A stretch of DNA of 53,565 bases from Thermoanaerobaculia bacterium (GTDB lineage: Bacteria > Acidobacteriota > Thermoanaerobaculia > Gp7-AA8), in assembly GCA_036009105.1 (NCBI GenBank), contig DASYMJ010000109.1, positions 1 to 53,565 of the forward strand, written 5' to 3'. Position 1 is the first letter of the stretch. Every line of letters begins with the position of its first letter. Below are positions 46,805 to 53,565 of the stretch, piece after piece. The notes beneath the pieces were generated by a model. The model did no database searches. It worked only from the letters and a program-made list of their open reading frames with translations, and was not told the origin of the DNA. Position numbers and translations under genes: made by a program.

Positions 46805-47962
46805 ATGGCGCAATCCGCGAGCAGTCCGAAAGTCGAAGAGCTCCGGTTCCGGCTGAAAGCGGATCCGAAGAGCCGGCTCTTCTATCCGCTGGCCGAGGAG
46901 CTGCGGAAGATCGGACAGTTCACCGAGGCCGAGCAGGTGCTGCGCGGCGGCCTCGGCTCGCATCCGACCTATCTCTCCGCCTGGGTCAGCCTCGGCCGGG
47001 TGCTGCGCGAGCTGAAACAGGACGATGGCGCGATCGAGGCGCTGTCGAAGGCGCTCACGCTCGATCCGGGCAACGTCGTCGCCGCGCGTCTCCTCGCCGA
47101 TGCCTACATGGCCCGCGGCGACAAGCTGGAGGCGATCAAAAAGTACAAGCTGGTGCACGCGCTGCTGCCGTCCGATCAGGACCTGGAGGCGCTGATCGCC
47201 CGGCTCGATCAGGAGCTGAACCCCCCTCCGCCGCCGCCCCCTCCACCGCCCGCGCCCGAGCCAGAGCCGCCGGCGTTCGTGGAGCCGGAGCTGTTCGAGC
47301 AGACCGAGCCCTCCATCGAGCCGACGGTGGAGACGCCGATGCCCTCCTTCGCGCCCGCGGCCGAGGAAGAGTCGCCCTGGGGGCCGCCCGCGGTGGAGCA
47401 GGCCCAGCAGGCGCTGGCCCGGGAAGAGGAAGTGGCGGTCGAGACCGGCGACGCGGAGCCGATGAGCGCCGCGCATGAGGAGAGCCCCTTCGAGGAGCCG
47501 GGCGTGGAGGCCGGCTACGGAAGCGACGCGCTGACGGTGGAGGAGCCGGAAGGCTTCCAAATCGCGAGCGCGCCGCTCGCCGCCGAGTTGCCGGAGCCGG
47601 TCGTGCCGCCGGAGACGGAAGAAGCGGAGATCTTCGCCCTGGCCACCGAGGCCATCCTCGGAGCGGAGGACACCACCGAGACGATCACCATGGCCGACCT
47701 CTACGCGAGGCAGGGCTTCACCGACGACGCGCGCAAGATCTACGAGCACATCCTGCAGCGGGACCCGGAGAACGAGGCGGTACGGGCCAAGCTGGGGGAA
47801 CTGGAACGCAGGGCCGGCTCTCCAGCCGGCCCCGGGCACGAGGATGTTGGGCCGGCCGGAGAGCCGGCCCTACATACCGAAGAGCCAGAAACCCCCGAGG
47901 ATCCCCGCTCCGCGAAGATCCACAGGCTGGAGAACTGGCTGGCCAAGGTGACCCGTGTTTAA
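46805..47962 (+). CDS. TPR protein with an acidic Pro/Glu-rich linker
   Basis: N-terminal TPRs (YPLAEELRK, AWVSLGRVL, ARLLADAY) and a C-terminal TMADLYARQG...IYEHIL..DPEN repeat. Confidence 0.85.
   Translation: MAQSASSPKVEELRFRLKADPKSRLFYPLAEELRKIGQFTEAEQVLRGGLGSHPTYLSAWVSLGRVLRELKQDDGAIEALSKALTLDPGNVVAARLLADAYMARGDKLEAIKKYKLVHALLPSDQDLEALIARLDQELNPPPPPPPPPPAPEPEPPAFVEPELFEQTEPSIEPTVETPMPSFAPAAEEESPWGPPAVEQAQQALAREEEVAVETGDAEPMSAAHEESPFEEPGVEAGYGSDALTVEEPEGFQIASAPLAAELPEPVVPPETEEAEIFALATEAILGAEDTTETITMADLYARQGFTDDARKIYEHILQRDPENEAVRAKLGELERRAGSPAGPGHEDVGPAGEPALHTEEPETPEDPRSAKIHRLENWLAKVTRV
47808..47873. repeat. GTAG-type REP doublet lying in frame inside the TPR CDS
   Basis: GCAG-GGCCGGCT-CTCC-AGCCGGCCC, 16 nt spacer, GGGCCGGCCGGAGAGCCGGCCCTAC; 66 bp in total. 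Confidence 0.85.
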
Positions 47963-48308
47963 GAAGGTCCTCACCGCGATCCGCGACCGGGTGGATGGCG
48001 CGCTGGCCGTCAGCCTGATCTCCCTGGACGGCATCCCGGTGGAGACGGTCAGCGGCGACGAGGGGGTGCCGCTCGACGTCCTCGGCGCGGAGTTCGGCAG
48101 CTTCATCAAATCCATCCGTCCCAACACGGAGATCGGGAGCGGAGAAGTGCTGCAGTTCTCCCTGGTCACCGAGCAATACATCACTTTCCTCTCCGCGGTG
48201 ACGCCCGATTACTACATACTCCTCGTCCTTCGCCCGGAGGGGAACTACGGCCGGGCACGATTCGAGCTCGCGCGGGCGAAACATCTCCTGCAGGACGAGC
48301 TGGTCTGA
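47955..48308 (+). CDS. Roadblock/LC7 domain protein, MglC-like
   Basis: [19 protein letters not shown] and [19 protein letters not shown] match the roadblock pattern and the Myxococcus MglC sequence as I recall it. Confidence 0.8.
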   Translation: MFKKVLTAIRDRVDGALAVSLISLDGIPVETVSGDEGVPLDVLGAEFGSFIKSIRPNTEIGSGEVLQFSLVTEQYITFLSAVTPDYYILLVLRPEGNYGRARFELARAKHLLQDELV

Positions 48309-48318
48309 GGGTAGCGAT

Positions 48319-50135
<1,817 letters not shown>

Positions 50136-50156
50136 TACCGTGATTCCTCCTCAGCA

Positions 50157-50702
50157 ATGAAAATCTACCTCGTCGGGTTCATGGGCGCCGGCAAGACCAC
50201 CATCGGCCGGGAGCTGGCGGCGCGTCTGGACGCGCCGTTTTTCGACCTCGACGAGCTGATCGAAGCGGCGGAGAAGATGTCGATCAAAGACCTCTTCGCC
50301 CAGCACGGCGAGGCGCATTTCCGCAAGCGCGAGCGGGACATCCTCCGCTCCACCAAGTACCTCGACAGCGGCATCGTCGCCACCGGCGGCGGCACCTTCA
50401 CCTTCGACGAGAACATCCAGTTCATCCAGTGCGAGGGGCTTTCCGTCTATCTCTCCGCGCCGTATGCGCTGCTGCGGGCGCGGGTGGGGGAGAAGGCGGC
50501 GGAGCGGCCGCTGTTCCGCGATGACATCGCGGCGCACGAGCTCTACAAGAGCCGGCTGAAGTACTACAAAATGTGCGACATCACCATCGAGATCCGGGAG
50601 GAGGAGACGCCCGGCGAGATCGTGGAGCGCCTCATCCTGGAACTGCCCAAGACGATTCTGGAGACCGCGAAGAAGGCGGCCCAGGTGTGGAGGCGGGCGT
50701 GA
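50157..50702 (+). CDS. aroK: Shikimate kinase
   Basis: GFMGAGKTTIG, DLDELIE, FRKRE, ATGGG and RPL. Confidence 0.93.
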   Translation: MKIYLVGFMGAGKTTIGRELAARLDAPFFDLDELIEAAEKMSIKDLFAQHGEAHFRKRERDILRSTKYLDSGIVATGGGTFTFDENIQFIQCEGLSVYLSAPYALLRARVGEKAAERPLFRDDIAAHELYKSRLKYYKMCDITIEIREEETPGEIVERLILELPKTILETAKKAAQVWRRA

Positions 50703-51439
50703 GGGCGCTGATCGTCAGCGACCTCCATTCCAACGCCGAGGCGCTGCGGTCGGTGATGAACCGCGTCCGCCGCAAGAAGTTCGACGACGTGGTCTGCCTC
50801 GGCGACTTCGTCGGCTACGGCGCCCAGCCGAACCAGGTGCTGGACATGATGCGCACCATGCGCGCCCGCAAGCTCTACATCCGGGGCAACCACGACCGGG
50901 TGGTGGCGGGGGTGGAGGACGGCACCGGCTTCAACCACGCCGCCAAGTACGCCGCGCTCTGGACGCGCGACCGCCTCAGCGCCCCCAACCGCCGCTTCCT
51001 GCAGGACCTGCCGCTCGGCCCGATGCTGCGGGACAACGTGCTGCTCTGCCACGGCTCGCCGCACGATGAGGACGAGTATGTCTTCACCGAGCAGCACGCC
51101 GCGCAGGTGTTCGCCGTGCACGACGCGCCGATCATCCTCTACGGCCACACCCACCTGCCGGTGATCTTCTCCATCGATGCGCGCGGCCGGCTCAAAGGCA
51201 ACTCGGTGCGCCGGGAGGTGATCCTCCGCCTCGATCCCGAGCGCCGCTACCTCATCAACCCCGGCTCGGTGGGCCAGCCCCGCGACCGCAATCCCGACTC
51301 CTCCTTCGCCATGCTCGACTCGAAGCGGATGACGATCCAGTTCTTCCGTGTTCCCTATGATGTCGAGAAGACGCAGGCCACGATCCTGAAGGCCGGCCTG
51401 CCCCGGATCCTGGCGGACCGCCTGGCGAACGGGACCTGA
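50699..51439 (+). CDS. Metallophosphoesterase (calcineurin-like)
   Basis: SDLHSN, LGDFVGYG, RGNHD, CHGSP, GHTH and INPGSVGQPRD; GTG start overlaps the aroK stop. Confidence 0.9.
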   Translation: MRALIVSDLHSNAEALRSVMNRVRRKKFDDVVCLGDFVGYGAQPNQVLDMMRTMRARKLYIRGNHDRVVAGVEDGTGFNHAAKYAALWTRDRLSAPNRRFLQDLPLGPMLRDNVLLCHGSPHDEDEYVFTEQHAAQVFAVHDAPIILYGHTHLPVIFSIDARGRLKGNSVRREVILRLDPERRYLINPGSVGQPRDRNPDSSFAMLDSKRMTIQFFRVPYDVEKTQATILKAGLPRILADRLANGT

Positions 51440-51442
51440 GAT

Positions 51443-51506
51443 GTAGGGCCGGCTCTCAGCCGGCCCAGCATCAACGGATAGCGGGCCGGCTGAGAGCCGG
51501 CCCTAC
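51443..51506. repeat. GTAG-type REP doublet
   Basis: GTAGGGCCGGCTCTCAGCCGGCCC, 16 nt spacer, perfect inverted copy; followed by a short family-B heptamer remnant (ctcgc tgctcgc taatc). Confidence 0.88.
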
Positions 51507-51649
51507 ACTCGCTGCTCGCTAATCAGGACGCCACTGTCACCAACAGGTGAAGCGGTGCGGACGCGTCAAACGTAAGTTACTGAAACCACAGGGATGTGGA
51601 ATGGCACGTCCCCCGCACTTCGGCCCGCCAGCAGCCTGGAGATCTCTCA

Positions 51650-53565
51650 ATGCGACGAATCGGAACACTCCTCCTCCTCACCCTCTCCATCGCCCTGCCT
51701 TCCTACGCCGTCGGGAAGTCGCAGTCCTACTTCACGTATGACGACGGCGGCACCATCGTCCGTCAGGGCGAAAACGGCGAAGAGATCGACGGCCGGGTCA
51801 ACCTGCCGCTCTACTCGGGCGACGAGGTGGCCACCAGCCGCCGCGGCCGCACCGAGATCCGCCTCTCCGACGGCAACGTCCTGGGCCTGGACCGCTCCAC
51901 CGACGTCCGCTTCCGCTCCCTCCTCGACAGCTACGACGGCAACGATCCGCAGACGGTCGTCGAACTGCGCTTCGGGCACGCCATCGTCCAGCGCACCGCG
52001 GTCGGCCGCGAGGCGCTCCGCCTCGACACCGACGCGGCGAGCTACATCGCCTACGAGGAGGCCATCTACACCGTGGAGGCCGACGGCCGCGGCAAGGACC
52101 GGGTCACGGTCTTCGACGGCACCGTGGAAGTGCGGACGCCGTCCCGCACCACGCGGCTGCGCGAAGGCGAGCAGGCCCAGATCGACAACAACGGGGTGTA
52201 CGGCCTGGTCAGCGACTCGCAGGACTCGGCCGATGACTTCGAGCGCTGGTTCCTCAAGCGCGCCGAGCGCTACGGCCACGGCTCCAGCCGCTATCTCGAC
52301 CGTTCGCTGGCATACTCCGACTACGACCTCGGCCAGCACGGCAACTGGATCTACATCAGCAACTACGGCTGGTCCTGGCGTCCCACCGTCGCCGCCGGCT
52401 GGCGTCCCTACTACTACGGCGAGTGGATGTACGGCCGCGGCGGCTGCCTGACCTGGGTCTCCTACGAGCCCTGGGGCTGGGTGCCCTATCACTACGGCCG
52501 CTGGGCCTATGACCCGATGTACGGCTGGGTGTGGCTGCCCGGCACCGGCTACGCGCCGGCGTGGGTCTACTGGATGTACGGCGCGGGCTACGTCGGCTGG
52601 GCGCCCGCCGGCTGGTATGACTGCTATCAGCCCTATTACAACTGGTGCTACCGCGGCAACGCCGCGCGCGCCTCGATCGATCACGGCTTCGGCTTCTTCG
52701 GCCACATCCGCATCAACGAAGTCGACCTCCGCCCCTGGACGTTCGTCTCCCCCGGCCAGTTCGTCTCCACGCGCATCGACCGCGCGGCGCTGACGACGGA
52801 TGCCGTCCGCAACCGCCTCATGCGCGATGGCGGCGGCACGGCCACGGTCACGAACAACCCGGCGCGGTTCACCCGCCCCGAGCTCAAAGATCCGGCCACG
52901 GCGGTTGCGAATGTGATCCGCCGCGGGACTGGTAGTGGTACCGGCACAGGAAGCGCCGGGTCCCCGGCGGGAGTAACGGATATGACGCCGTTCTTCCGTC
53001 GGGACCCGGAGCTTTCGACTGCCGTGCGGGAGCGCATCACGCGCAACGCGGGCGGCGGCTCCGGCAACTCGGGCAACTCCGGCGGCGGCTCCACCGCATC
53101 CGTTCCCCGTGACGGCGGCAGCGCGCCCACCGGTGTGACCCGCGGCGGCCTCGCCCCCATCGGCGGCGGCTCGCTCGCTCCCATCGGCGGCGGCGGGCTG
53201 GCCCCCATCGGCAGCGGCAACGTGGCGCCGATCGACGGCGGCCGCGTGAACCGCGGCACCGGCGGCGCGACCGGCTCCGGTTCCGGTTCCGGCAGCACTG
53301 TCGGCGGCGGCACGACGTCCGCTCCCGACTCCGCCGGCGGCGTGCGCCGCGGCGGCGACAACGGCTCCAATGACGGCGGCATCCGCCGCGGCGACGGCAG
53401 CTCCACCCCTCGCGATCGCGACTCCGGCAGCGGCGCCACGGCGCCCGGCACGACCTGGCGCGACCGCATCCAGCGCCCCTCGACCTCGACCTCGCCCACG
53501 GGCGACAGCGTCGATCGCGCGCCGGGTGGGGCAGCCACGCCCGCTCCGGCCACCGACTGGCGGGG
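51650..53565 (+). CDS. Secreted FecR-like plus DUF6600 (Trp/Tyr/Gly-rich) protein with a long Gly/Ser tail, runs beyond the window edge
   Basis: Manual translation: MRRIGTLLLLTLSIALPSYA, GDEVATSRRGRTEIRLSDG (FecR-like), then WRPYYYGEW, EPWGWVPYHYGRW and WVWLPG, followed by low-complexity Gly-rich sequence. Not in the ORF track. Confidence 0.85.
   Translation, partial: MRRIGTLLLLTLSIALPSYAVGKSQSYFTYDDGGTIVRQGENGEEIDGRVNLPLYSGDEVATSRRGRTEIRLSDGNVLGLDRSTDVRFRSLLDSYDGNDPQTVVELRFGHAIVQRTAVGREALRLDTDAASYIAYEEAIYTVEADGRGKDRVTVFDGTVEVRTPSRTTRLREGEQAQIDNNGVYGLVSDSQDSADDFERWFLKRAERYGHGSSRYLDRSLAYSDYDLGQHGNWIYISNYGWSWRPTVAAGWRPYYYGEWMYGRGGCLTWVSYEPWGWVPYHYGRWAYDPMYGWVWLPGTGYAPAWVYWMYGAGYVGWAPAGWYDCYQPYYNWCYRGNAARASIDHGFGFFGHIRINEVDLRPWTFVSPGQFVSTRIDRAALTTDAVRNRLMRDGGGTATVTNNPARFTRPELKDPATAVANVIRRGTGSGTGTGSAGSPAGVTDMTPFFRRDPELSTAVRERITRNAGGGSGNSGNSGGGSTASVPRDGGSAPTGVTRGGLAPIGGGSLAPIGGGGLAPIGSGNVAPIDGGRVNRGTGGATGSGSGSGSTVGGGTTSAPDSAGGVRRGGDNGSNDGGIRRGDGSSTPRDRDSGSGATAPGTTWRDRIQRPSTSTSPTGDSVDRAPGGAATPAPATDWR

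Noticed and set aside
46805-47962. TPR protein as SgmX or the pilotin Tgl/PilF
   Set aside because: Too short and too few TPRs for SgmX, and it lacks the signal peptide and lipobox of a pilotin.

Overview
High-GC bacterial chromosomal window; gene content suggests Acidobacteriota, possibly Thermoanaerobaculia (inference). Most of it is housekeeping and envelope genes: ahcY, sdhCAB, psd, a cyclophilin, pqiABC, a hybrid histidine kinase, two PLP aminotransferases, rel/spoT, rpmB, pilMNOPQ, accBC and aroK. Accessory pieces are an AT-richer Dcm/Vsr/EcoRII-like restriction-modification island, a decayed hicAB locus and a putative orphan toxin module. Two real genes run off the window edges and are absent from the ORF track: a MamK-like actin (minus strand, 600 to <1) directly behind a membrane-anchored amidase, and a FecR/DUF6600-type protein (51650 to >53565). 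The main points of interest are (1) the amidase plus MamK-like actin unit with no magnetosome genes in view, (2) a Myxococcus-like pilMNOPQ...roadblock(MglC-like)-accB-accC arrangement, (3) an AT-hook/coiled-coil candidate nucleoid protein, (4) GTAG-type REP doublets, one lying in frame inside a CDS, (5) two families of heptamer-periodic palindromic intergenic repeats, and (6) repeated TANNNT boxes 6-9 nt before start codons, suggesting leaderless transcription. No rRNA, tRNA, CRISPR array or transposase was recognised. Family assignments come from motif recognition by eye; no database search was run.
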